Source: an uncultured virus (IMG/VR IMGVR_UViG_3300042937_001207) (lineage: Duplodnaviria; Heunggongvirae; Uroviricota; Caudoviricetes). From it: a stretch of 60,576 nucleotides of DNA. The first letter of the stretch is position 1, and every line of letters starts with the position of its first letter. The notes under the pieces were generated by a model, which was given only the letters and a program-made list of their open reading frames with translations, searched no databases and had not been told where the DNA came from. The DNA lies in the IMG/VR virus record IMGVR_UViG_3300042937_001207; one strand, given 5' to 3'. Positions 46,134 to 55,950 of this stretch are shown piece after piece. The position numbers and the translations under genes are program-made.

Positions 46134-49100
46134 CGGGACTAGTAAGTGACAGGAGTAAATTGAAGCGCAGAAGAAGCGAAGCGACTGGTATTCCAAAGAA
46201 ATACGGAAGGCCCCATTTACTCCATTTACGAATGGCTGTAGGCCGAAGGCCGTAAGCCTGAAGAGCGAGCAGCGTTAAATGGATAAATGGAGGGAGTATT
46301 GCTTTGGAATGCGAGCAAGCAATTTCGCCGTGGACTTTTATTCAAATATATTCGGGACTAAAAACTGGGTAAGCATTTGCGTACGAAGTCGAAATGCTGC
46401 GCAGCTGTTTAGGGTGTTGTGCACGCCCAGCGTGCAAGCGAAGCGTCATAAGCCCTAATAGCGAAGCAACAGTTCGACTGTATGCAATGCGGTAATTGTG
46501 ATGAGACTAAATACGGGACTAATAACTGCTGGGAGCAAACAGCGAAGTTGCTTTCTTTTTGAGCATGGCGGGAGCGAGAAGGTTCCAGGAGCGGAGTTAT
46601 TTTACGATTAAAGAATTTAAGGGAACAAGCGAGGATGCGAGCGTTGAAGGACGAGAAGCTTGAATGCAAACAGTAAAAGTTCGGGACTAGAGACCATTCA
46701 AGCGGTGAGTCGTTTGAGGCGAGCTGCGATGCGCAGTGTACTTAAAGGATTTAAGAGTGAGATAACGAGCATTCTGGAATTTCGAGCGTTCGCCGAGTGA
46801 GAAAAGAAGCACGAGCACAAGTTGTGATTTTTGTAGCAAGCGAAGCTTGCGGGACTATAGAGAATGTTTTATAAGCAATGTTTAACAAACAGCTTTACGA
46901 AGTGAAACCGGGCAGCTGCTGAAGGTTGGTGGTAGCTCTTTTGCGGACACCACCGGAAGCATCTGCTGGTGAGCGAGTAGGCGTGGACTTTTATTTATCA
47001 AAAAAAAACGGGACTAATAACCACATGGTTAGGCATGTGCCTGTTTTGAAAAGGAGTGGAGCGACTGTTGGTTTTTAAAGTTTACGGAAGAGGCTCTTTT
47101 TGTCTTTTTTGAGCGAGGCACGAGCGAAAGCGACGCTTGCGGAGCGGTAAAAAGAAAAAAAGAGAGGGAGTAAAATTTAACAAACCATGAAAAACGGCAC
47201 TGCCGGGAGTTGTTAGATAAATTATTACGGGACTTACTTCTATAAGCCAACAAGCATTGCGTCTTTCTGTTCGATGTGAATGAGCGTGCTGGTAACGAGG
47301 TACGAAGTTACGCAAAGCGAAAGAACAACGAAAAAGAAAACGCATGCGGTAGCTTTTATTTGAAACGCATCGGGACTAAAAACCAACAACAACGAGCATT
47401 CCGAACGAAGCCAGAGTAGCCGCCGAGGCTTCCCGTAGTTTGCGTAGGGAGCCTGGCGTCTACCTGGCAAGCGAGGAGGCGAAGTGAAGCTTTATGTTTG
47501 CCTTTACGGGACTAGTTTTTGCGAGCGAGCAAGCATTGCATTTTCGTTCGACTCGGAGTGAGCGTGCTGTTCCGAGGTACGAAGGAACGCAAAGCGAACG
47601 TAGGTCGAAAAGAAAATGTATGCGGTGAGTGAGTACTAAGAAAAACGGGACTTATATGTTGCAGGACTGTTTGACGAGTCGCATAGCGACGAAGTGTTAT
47701 TTTGTGTACCCAGAAGGAGGAGTAAGGTATGCGTAGGGAGATGCGAAGCAACGAAGTGCGACAGCAATTCGGCGCTAGCATAAGCGAAGCGACCTTGCGA
47801 CCGAACTTCTGGGGTAGCAAAATACACGAGAAGCGTTGCGACGAGGCGAATGTCCGGGATGTCGCAATCAAAGATAGATATTTATTGAAGTCTCGGGACT
47901 CAGTAGTTGTTGAATCAATGATGTATTTCTTTCCTTCAAACAGCTTAGACAGATAAGAAATCTAGGCGATTCTAGAGAAGCGAAGCGAAGCTACGAATCG
48001 ACGGTTACCGGGTTCAAAAGCGGAGGGTTGTTGAGACCGAGCAGCGGTCGAAAACATCCGTAGCGTTGAACTCGGTAAAGATTTCGTATATGGATAAGCG
48101 GGAACCATTCATTCAATGTCCGTACGGGGCTGAAAACCTAAACAGTTATACCCGTTATCCGGGATGAGGAAGCGTACTTCCCACGGCCCCCCGCTCAGCG
48201 AGCACGAAATCATTTTTGATTTCGATGCCTCGCTCCGTGGGAATTCGCTGGTGCCAAAGTTGTTAGATAAATCTGCACGGGACTTGATAACAAGATTTTG
48301 TAGCACCACGGGTGGAGCGATGACTTGAGTGCGAGTATCGCTGTAGTGGAGCGGGTAAATCGATGAAGCTAGCGAGCGATTTTTGTGCAACAAAATGAAG
48401 CGAGCGTTGCTGAAGAGATTTCTCGCGTAACGGAAGTGGACGAGCGACTCAGTCAGAGCGTAACTCCGTTGGTGGTGCAAAATCTGGTGAGCTTTATACA
48501 GCTTTCTACGGGGCTTAAGAACAAATCCGGGCGTTCGTTTCTTTCTGTGAACCAGAGGTAGTGAGCAACGGTCAAGCCTCTTGACGAAGCGAAGGCGATG
48601 CAGCGCAATCGGTTGCGTCGGCTCGCTAAATGAGTTAGCGATGACTAATCAATCATCTGTCGGATAATCGGGACTAGAGACTTGATGCCGGGAAGAAGCT
48701 AAATCATTTAGTGATGCGTAAGCAACGATTGAGCTGACGGAGACGAGCCAGAAGTCAAGGGCTTGCAGTTGCGAACGGTCTCTGGAGAACAGAAGAACGA
48801 ACATGGTAATTAATCGGGACTATAAAGTTCTTTCTTTTATCAGTAAGGGTTAGTTATCTCGACCGAGCGAGTGTGCTGCGACGTTTCGGTGCGAGGAGTT
48901 CGGATTACTCCGAAACCGAGCATCGAGCGGAGCATCACGTGAGCGAGAGAGAGTAACGGTGGTTGTCCGGTGGATATTTACGGGACTAATAAGTAGCGAG
49001 CAGTTTCTGAGTACGCAACATTCAAAAGCGTAGTGAAGCATTTTCTGGATTGGAGACATCGCTAGGTACACGAAGGAGTGATGTTTGTGTTCGGACTTGC

Positions 49101-50743
49101 CGAAATACCAATCTATTGGTATGAGGTTGGTGGTCCGCAGGACTCACCAATCCGACAAGCAAACTGAAGCGACTGAAGTGTCCGCAGTGATGTCGGAGAG
49201 CCAGAATTGCGAACTTAGCGTTGAATGTGGAGTACTCGGAACGCAAGCGGTGACTGTTATTCAATTACCTACGGGACTAAAGAGTCTGAACAAGAGCGCT
49301 CTTCTGGGGCTATCCAGTAGCCAAGCGCAGCCTCGTGCGTGCGTGGGCAGCATGCCCTTGCGTGCACGGGCGAAGCGGGCGGTTGGATAGAAACAGAAAG
49401 TGCGTCTACCGGAGTTGTGTTCTTACTTATTGCGGGACTAGTGAATAGCGATGTTTCTCTTTTTGCGCAAGAAGCCTGCGGAGCGAGCAGTTCCTGAATC
49501 GTAGCCATGGCCGAGGTGGACGAATGAGCGATGTTTGTTGTACGGGCTTGACTACATATCGAAGCAGGATTCGATATGTAGTTTGGCGGTTCGTAGAACT
49601 CGCCAATCCGGGAAACAAACTGAAGCGATTGAAGTACCCGACGCTATGGCGGAGAGGCAGGATTGCGAGAGTAGCGAGGCTGTTTGCGGGAAAAGGAACA
49701 AGCGGGGATAGTTATTCAATAATCAATCGGGACTAATAAGCGTGCGCATTTCGCGTAGGAAACGGAGCTCGTGACGTAGCTTCGTGGAGCGCGGAAGTTC
49801 CTTCAAGCGAACACGAGCGGAGCACGAGCGGTGTTTCCGAGAGAATGCGGTAACCAAACAAATTACTAGGTCAATGTTATTAAGGTCGGGACTAATTACC
49901 AATTTAGGCAAGTAAGCCATTTCATTGACTGAACAACCGTGAGCGAAGCTTTCCCAGGCCGAGGCACGAGCGCCGGGAAGCGGAGCGGTCGGTAGTGAAG
50001 TCATGAATGGCGTCGGTTAGTGCGATTGGTGGCTGAGCATGGCGTAGAAGGCAAGCGAAGTACTTGCCGACGCGTGATAACGCATCGGTGCACCGAAGAC
50101 GAGCCGCTTGTCGGCAGCGGATTCGAGTGCATACGAAGCGAGCCTGCGAAGCCGTGCTGTGACACCAAGCAAGCACGACAGTTGTCATGGGGGCTTCGGG
50201 ACTAAAAAGTAATTACAGGTAATCAATATTTCCGGGTGTTGAGACATTTCATCGCGCAACCAGCACCGAAGCGGAAAAACTGCTTGTAGCGAAGCGGAAA
50301 GCGTTTTGTAGCGGTGGTGCAGGTGGAGCGTGAATGTCGACAAAGCGAGATAAGACCGAGCCTTGGTGGAGCGAGGAACCCAGGTGAAGCCAAGACGAAG
50401 TCTGGCGTAATCTGGGCTGCGAAGCGGAGCCAGTGTGAGGGTGAAATTGAGCGTGGATTGTTATGTCGGTCATCGGGACTAATAAATAACGATTGCGGCT
50501 GTCGAATAGTTATTTCATCCGCAGAACCACCCGTAGTGAGAAAACTGATGAGCACATTTATGGGCGAAATCGTTTTCGAACGGGGGGTGGTGAGCGGTGA
50601 ATAACGTCAAGCGCAATAAAACTGAGCCCAAGGTGGAGCGAGAAGCCGGGCGCTGCCACGCCGAAGGGTGGCCGCGTCTGGATACGAAGCGCAACCTGAG
50701 GCGAGGTTGCAATGGAGCAGGGACTGTGATTAGAGTCGGGACT
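46134..50743 (+). repeat. Non-coding array of 24 co-oriented CGGG(A/G)CT motifs separated by 136-310 bp structured units
   Basis: CGGGACT at 46134, 46353, 46514, 46682, 46850, 47009, 47228, 47371, 47507, 47646, 47894, 48278, 48669, 48815, 48981, 49272, 49433, 49728, 49887, 50197, 50474 and 50737; CGGGGCT at 48125 and 48509; long inverted repeats in the units examined; no credible CDS. Confidence 0.92.
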
Positions 50744-50806
50744 GAAAGACATGCAGCAGCAGGGCTGTTCTACCTATTAGTATCTCTTTCGCCAGGATGG
50801 AGAAAA

Positions 50807-51040
50807 ATGATGCAAAATGAAATGACTATGACACGCAGAAAAAGTAAACCACAGTCCCGTACGGAATTATGGCGTTGCCCCAACTGCGGGCATGAGGTTA
50901 GTATTGGCGTTCCTGCAATGCAAGCGTCCTGCAGTAATAAAGAAAAGCACACTTCTAGCACTGTTGAGATGGAATTAGTCCATTCTTTTTGGGATGACAA
51001 CATCAATGGTCGGAACGTCAAGTTTTATGAGCGCTCCTAA
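50807..51040 (+). CDS. Small Zn-ribbon protein
   Basis: WRCPNCGH...CSN..KH; GGAGA RBS. Confidence 0.55.
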   Translation: MMQNEMTMTRRKSKPQSRTELWRCPNCGHEVSIGVPAMQASCSNKEKHTSSTVEMELVHSFWDDNINGRNVKFYERS

Positions 51041-51162
51041 GCCCCGCCCGACTTCTTCGCAAGCCATCTCCAGGCAATAAAATAAGCCAAACCCCATACG
51101 GGACTCCAGACCGGTTTTCCCGGGGTTTTCAAAAGCAAAAAACAAATGACGGTGGCGGATGA
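51040..51162 (+). repeat. Tripartite intergenic element, copy 1
   Basis: AGCCCCGC at 51040, CGGGACT at 51099, ATGACGGTGGCGGATGA at 51146. Confidence 0.8.
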
Positions 51163-51218
51163 GAAATATTCTGCCTTGGGGGTTGCAAGCCGCAAGTATC
51201 CTCGCTACTATTCACCCC

Positions 51219-51428
51219 ATGCAAACCAAGCGGATTGAGCAGCTCGCAGTAGGGAACATCTTTACTTGGGCTTTTCACGAGCACTATCGGGTAACTGAAA
51301 TCAAAGCACCGACACGCAGCAACGGCAGCACTTATCTGCTCAGCTATGTCGGTCTAGAAACTGGAACCAAAGTTCTTGACCGCAAGATGCCTAAAAAATC
51401 AATCTGCGAATTCATCAAAGGGGAATAG
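51219..51428 (+). CDS. Hypothetical protein
   Basis: Promoter TTGCAA-N17-TACTAT-N7-ATG. Confidence 0.6.
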   Translation: MQTKRIEQLAVGNIFTWAFHEHYRVTEIKAPTRSNGSTYLLSYVGLETGTKVLDRKMPKKSICEFIKGE

Positions 51429-51430
51429 CA

Positions 51431-51601
51431 ATGGCTAAGAAACCACTTTACAAAAAAACAGTTATTTCAGGAAAGAAGTTCCGCAAGGCGTTGTACGAGT
51501 TTCTGCCTACAGCAGACATCGAGCACGACAACGAGGGCCAGGTAATTATTTACACAGGTCTCACCGAGGGAAACGGTGACAACTACGTACTTATTGACTA
51601 G
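51431..51601 (+). CDS. Small hypothetical protein (56 aa, not in the ORF track)
   Basis: MAKKPLYKK..DNEGQVIIYTGL; AGGGGAA RBS. Confidence 0.55.
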   Translation: MAKKPLYKKTVISGKKFRKALYEFLPTADIEHDNEGQVIIYTGLTEGNGDNYVLID

Positions 51602-51649
51602 AATAAAAATCACCCACTAAAAAATCAATTACTAAAAAAAGGAAACATC

Positions 51650-52126
51650 ATGAAAAGCAATTTAGAGCTGACAGAAGCTGCAACAGAAATTTTCAATGAC
51701 TTGGCTAACTGGCCGGGTCTTACAAAGTCCACGTGCCATATTTTCAAGAGCCGTGACGGGCAACTGGTGACACTTGGTGTCTACGGTGATATCTATGTTG
51801 GTTTGGAAAACATCGCCAACGAGACCGACGAAGAAACACTTCACGACTTCGAGTTTCTTGGAGTTGAAACCTCTGGCTGGGCAGCTCCTATTCGGGAAGG
51901 GGGCGACGATGACATCATCCCTAGCAGGCACCCAGAACGTCGTCGAGTGCGTATGTTGAGTGTTATTGACCGGACATGCCGCATTGCTTCGGTGATGAGC
52001 CTTGACGACGACGGAGAAATTCTTACCGACCTTGCAGGGAGTGGAAGCCTTGCTGATGCATTGCGTCTCGTGATGGCAAATGTCCTTGCAGCGGAAAGCA
52101 TCACTGCGGCTTGGGCAACAAAATGA
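51650..52126 (+). CDS. Hypothetical phage protein
   Basis: GWAAP..PS.HPERRRVR..GSGSLADAL; AAGGA RBS. Confidence 0.7.
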   Translation: MKSNLELTEAATEIFNDLANWPGLTKSTCHIFKSRDGQLVTLGVYGDIYVGLENIANETDEETLHDFEFLGVETSGWAAPIREGGDDDIIPSRHPERRRVRMLSVIDRTCRIASVMSLDDDGEILTDLAGSGSLADALRLVMANVLAAESITAAWATK

Positions 52127-52392
52127 GGTTGACACTCACGGTAAGCATGTTCAAGTTCGTTTGGGACGGCGGTCCGTACTGCAACATCTCCCACATCAAA
52201 GCTCCCTTGAAGCCGTTTACACAAATCCGGCTATGGGACATCGAGACAGCAAAAAGCATGATTGGAGAAATTGGGCAGCAGGGCACGGCAGAGCGTTTTG
52301 CTGTGAAGTGCAACGATTGGATTTCAACCGAAGCTTTTGATTGGCTTCGTTCTGGTGAACTTTCTATTCACATCATGGAGAATGCATCATGA
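52123..52392 (+). CDS. Hypothetical protein
   Basis: ATGA overlaps on both sides. Confidence 0.55.
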   Translation: MRLTLTVSMFKFVWDGGPYCNISHIKAPLKPFTQIRLWDIETAKSMIGEIGQQGTAERFAVKCNDWISTEAFDWLRSGELSIHIMENAS

Positions 52393-52673
52393 GTACAAAC
52401 ATTGGGTATGTGGTCAACAAGTACACGGGAGAAGCCTGTCCACTTGAACGGGTTCTTATTGTTGGCTCGACGGGTGAAGCTTCTGCTTACAGGAAAGACA
52501 ACGGTATTCGTCTTGGAGGTGATAAGCATGTCGTTGTTGTTGGAAAAGACGATACGTCTGAAGGAATGTACAACCACCCTGCGTGGCGAGCAAAAATGAT
52601 GCTTGTTGCCGGCCAGGCTGGCTTGCCGCTCTCTGCCTCGTGGGGAATTATGAGCATGACGAGGAGTAAGTAA
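52389..52673 (+). CDS. Hypothetical protein
   Basis: GGAG RBS; translationally coupled. Confidence 0.55.
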   Translation: MSTNIGYVVNKYTGEACPLERVLIVGSTGEASAYRKDNGIRLGGDKHVVVVGKDDTSEGMYNHPAWRAKMMLVAGQAGLPLSASWGIMSMTRSK

Positions 52674-53174
52674 ATGGGTTACACGCACTACACGGACAGG
52701 CCTGTCGGTAATCATGGAACAGCAGAAATGTTTGGGAAGCTTGCACTAGATGCAAAGCTGATTTGCGAGCACGCACAATCCATGGGCATTCGCCTGGCAG
52801 GACCTTTTGGAGAGGTCGGAACATCACCTGAATTTACCGAGGGTTATTTTGCTTTCAATGGTGAGGACGGCCCTGACGGTGATTTGTCGCACGAGACATT
52901 CCGGTGGGAAGCAAATCCCGTTCAGCCTGAGTGGCGGCAAGACGAGTTGTTCTATTTTGACTTTTGCAAAACAAATCAGAAACCGTACGATGCGGTAGTT
53001 ACAGCTATCCTTATTCGAGCAAAAGTAATCTACGGTAAATTGCTGCAGGTAAGTTCTGACGGAGAATGGACAGGAGACCAACTGTCGTGGGGTACATGGG
53101 CCTCAGGGAGGGCGCTATATGAAGAGGTATTCAACATCGAGGCTCCTTGCCCGTTCGTCCGGACTGAGGTTTAG
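52674..53174 (+). CDS. Conserved phage hypothetical protein
   Basis: MGYTHY..FNG..HETF..FCKT..KPYD.VVTA.L..VSSDG. Confidence 0.75.
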   Translation: MGYTHYTDRPVGNHGTAEMFGKLALDAKLICEHAQSMGIRLAGPFGEVGTSPEFTEGYFAFNGEDGPDGDLSHETFRWEANPVQPEWRQDELFYFDFCKTNQKPYDAVVTAILIRAKVIYGKLLQVSSDGEWTGDQLSWGTWASGRALYEEVFNIEAPCPFVRTEV

Positions 53175-53442
53175 GTTGTATGCAATCGTCGTCCTGTTGA
53201 TTATTTTCTGCGTATTCAACTAAAAAAGTTTGTCCATCGGTATTTCTTGATGCTTTACTTCTACACAAATTTTGTGTGCGTATAGAAAAAGTTCATCAAT
53301 ACTCTTTGCTCCGGAAATGCTACCGCACGGTAACCATGCTCTCACTAGACGCATCGTTGATTTACTTGTAGTGTCAACAGGGTTGCCACAGAAGTTACAA
53401 GGGACTAAACCTGACATTCAAACACTCTACATCGGAGGATGC

Positions 53443-53646
53443 ATGCCTTACAAGGATAAATCAAAACATTTAGAGTGGCAGCGTGAAAACCGAGAGAATA
53501 CATTCGCCAAAAAGCTTCGCAGGCGTGAATACGAACGAGAACGAAAGCGCCGCAAGAGGCTTGAGCAGATAAATTCTCTTCCTGAACCTGAGCGAAGCAA
53601 AAAGCTGGCCAAACTCAGGGGACCATACTCACGAAGCCTGTTATAA
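53443..53646 (+). CDS. Small basic hypothetical protein
   Basis: MPYKD..; GGAGG RBS. Confidence 0.55.
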   Translation: MPYKDKSKHLEWQRENRENTFAKKLRRREYERERKRRKRLEQINSLPEPERSKKLAKLRGPYSRSLL

Positions 53647-53655
53647 ACACTATTC

Positions 53656-54431
53656 AGCCCCGCTCCGCTCTTCTCTCTGCCGGCCGGTGCGCACGTAGAG
53701 CTATTTAGCCCCGCCCCCCACTTTCCCCCCAGCCCCAGACCCCTAGAAACAACTTTCGGGACTGCGTTTCGCTCTTTGCGACGACTTGATGACGGTGGCG
53801 GATGACGTGAGCTGCTTGCTCGACGTGGAAAAGTAAAACTTCCAGGCCAAAACTTCAGCTCAGCTCTTCGACTGCAGCTCCCGGGAATCAAACCAGAAAG
53901 GCAATTAGAAGCTATTCAGCCCCGCACGCAATCTTCTGAAGCGCGACATCCGGAATCTTGTGATTAAACCCCCTTCGGGACTGCAGTCCTTGAAATCAGC
54001 TTTTGATGACGGTGTCGGATGAGATTTGACTGGGCAGCTCGTTCGACCAGGAAGAAATAAAAAAATCTTTTTGTTGAGGTTGCTTTTTATCGTAGCTCTG
54101 GTTAATATGTCCATACCTACCTAAGGAGCTTCTATGCATAGAAGATAATCAGGGGGGTCGTTCTACCGAAAGGGTGAGCGGCCCCCCTTTTTTTATGCCT
54201 TTTTTCTGTTTCCTTCTCACGGTAAAAATCCTGCAAAAACTTGCAATTCTCTAGGACCCGGGTAACAGCTCATCAAAAGCTAAGTTTCAAGCTTTACAGC
54301 CCCGCCTCCCTCTACGTTGGCATTTTATCTCTTCGATGGCAGCACGAGTCGATGTCTGTGCATAAAACAAACAGCGGGACTGCAGGGTTTGGAATTATTG
54401 GACATTTTTGATGACGGTGGCGGATGACGTG
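53656..54431 (+). repeat. Tripartite intergenic elements, copies 2-4
   Basis: AGCCCCGC at 53656, 53707, 53918 and 54298; CGGGACTGC at 53757, 53976 and 54375; TGATGACGGTG(G/T)CGGATGA at about 53787, 54004 and 54409. Confidence 0.85.
54080..54195 (+). other. Promoter-RBS-minigene-terminator unit (MHRR*)
   Basis: TTGCTT-N17-TAATAT; AAGGAG at 54123; ATG CAT AGA AGA TAA at 54134-54148; GGGGGTCG...CGGCCCCC hairpin followed by a T run. Confidence 0.55.
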
Positions 54432-54614
54432 GCCACCCGGGTAGCTCAGCAAATAATTTTGCTTCGCTCGGCACCGTGGACCAGTTTTTCAGGTCTTGAT
54501 AGTGGACCAGTTTTTCAGGTCAAAAAAAAACAAAAAATGTTTGGAAATGTTTGCCTTGTTGGTTGTAAGCCGCTACTATGTACCCCATCAAGTACATCTA
54601 TTAAAGGAGGGCTC

Positions 54615-54896
54615 ATGGGCCGTAAGTATATTGAAGACCTTATTGAAGAGGGGTGGAGGCTCGACTTGGATTCGCTGATTGCAATCCATCTGTCAAACAA
54701 CCATTATCCAAGTGTTCCAGCAGTCATGGTTAAGCCATGCAAGGAAGCAATCCTCCACGCTGAGCAGGAAGCTCTCCATGAGCTTGTACAGCTCCCAGCT
54801 GGCGTCATGTGGCGCAACCAGACCTCCATTAAGGCTGGAACCCTCATGGACGCATTCCACCTGTGGTCATTCCTTGACCAAGTCCAGGAGGCGTAA
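54615..54896 (+). CDS. Hypothetical phage protein
   Basis: HL..NHYP.VP..MV.PC.EAI..HL..F; AAGGAGG RBS. Confidence 0.7.
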   Translation: MGRKYIEDLIEEGWRLDLDSLIAIHLSNNHYPSVPAVMVKPCKEAILHAEQEALHELVQLPAGVMWRNQTSIKAGTLMDAFHLWSFLDQVQEA

Positions 54897-54898
54897 TC

Positions 54899-55189
54899 AT
54901 GTGGGAAGACGTTGAAAAAGCAACAATGAGCGCACTGCTCATCTCTTGGGATTCATGCCACAAGATTTACCTCGCTATGGACGCTGAACAAGCTGCCTGG
55001 TTTGAGAGGAACTACACGGAAGAAAACAATTCAGTTTCTTTTCGTGGCGCTCCTTGGGAGATGTATGAGAAAATTCAGGAGTGGTGGGATGTCTCATGTT
55101 CACTCCGCTTCATCTCAGCTGTATGGACCGATAACGACAATCCAAATGATGGTTTCATTAGCTTGATTCCACAGTTCGCAGGAGTGTGA
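54899..55189 (+). CDS. Hypothetical phage protein
   Basis: WDSCHKIYLAMD..WW..SC.LRFI; GGAGG RBS. Confidence 0.7.
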   Translation: MWEDVEKATMSALLISWDSCHKIYLAMDAEQAAWFERNYTEENNSVSFRGAPWEMYEKIQEWWDVSCSLRFISAVWTDNDNPNDGFISLIPQFAGV

Positions 55190-55190
55190 A

Positions 55191-55430
55191 ATGACTATTT
55201 ACCATGTAACAAACCGTGAATCTCGCCTGCAGACGCAGGACCGCTACATTGTCTACAACTTGACCAAAGAGCTTCCAGTCGAGTGGAAGTACTGGACCGT
55301 TGACCAACAGGGTTACTGGCTCAACGAAAACGCCGAGTTCATCAGTGACTCTTTCTCCGATGTTGAGCTGGAGGATATGGAAGAAGACACAATCCATATT
55401 GAAAAAGACGAACTGCAAGGGGACCTCTAA
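55191..55430 (+). CDS. Hypothetical protein
   Basis: AGGAG RBS. Confidence 0.65.
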   Translation: MTIYHVTNRESRLQTQDRYIVYNLTKELPVEWKYWTVDQQGYWLNENAEFISDSFSDVELEDMEEDTIHIEKDELQGDL

Positions 55431-55599
55431 TGGACCTCTCCGTTCACAGGGCAATCTTTATCGCAACCAGCCTCTCGACCGTCCTGATGGCCTGGATGGC
55501 ATTTGCCGCCCCGGTTATTACTTCAAAAGAAATTGTTTGGAGTTGCATTATTGCTGGGGCACATGTAGTATCTGGTTATCAGTTATTAAAGGAGTTCAA

Positions 55600-55950
55600 A
55601 TGAAATCAGTTAAATCGGTTGAAGAGTCAAGGGAAGAAGCTGTAGAGCTTTGCTTGTTTGCTGAAAACGATAGCCGTTGTTATCACAACTACTTAGTGCC
55701 GGCATTCAAGAACCAGCAACGTCACTATGACCGTAATCTGAAAAAAGGAGTAGAGAGCAACTTCGACCTTACCGTTTTACTTTTCACGCACACCATGAAG
55801 CTTTGCGCGCAGGAATATTGCCGTCAACATGGTTCGCCAACTGTTAAGTGGCATGAAGTCTTCGATGTGCTTACACGAATTTACGCTGCTCGTCACTTCG
55901 CAGAATATTTCGTTGCAGAATACAACGCAGGAAATCGGTGGGAAATCTAA
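55600..55950 (+). CDS. Hypothetical protein
   Basis: AAGGAG RBS; EL.LFAEND motif. Confidence 0.7.
   Translation: MKSVKSVEESREEAVELCLFAENDSRCYHNYLVPAFKNQQRHYDRNLKKGVESNFDLTVLLFTHTMKLCAQEYCRQHGSPTVKWHEVFDVLTRIYAARHFAEYFVAEYNAGNRWEI

Noticed and set aside
46134..50743. CRISPR array or TIGR-like guide array interpretation
   Set aside because: The conserved repeat is only 7-8 bp, the spacers are 130-300 bp, variable and internally structured, and no cas or Nop-domain gene is recognisable in the window.
46409..50752. About 25 short ORFs on both strands in the array region
   Set aside because: They have no RBS or recognisable motifs, an Arg/Ser/Ala-rich composition that reflects the GCGA-rich DNA, and they overlap each other; treated as spurious.
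53787..54431. TGATGA as a hammerhead core or box C motif
   Set aside because: The context is TTGATGA rather than CTGATGA, with no consistent GAAA stem arrangement or paired CTGA box D.
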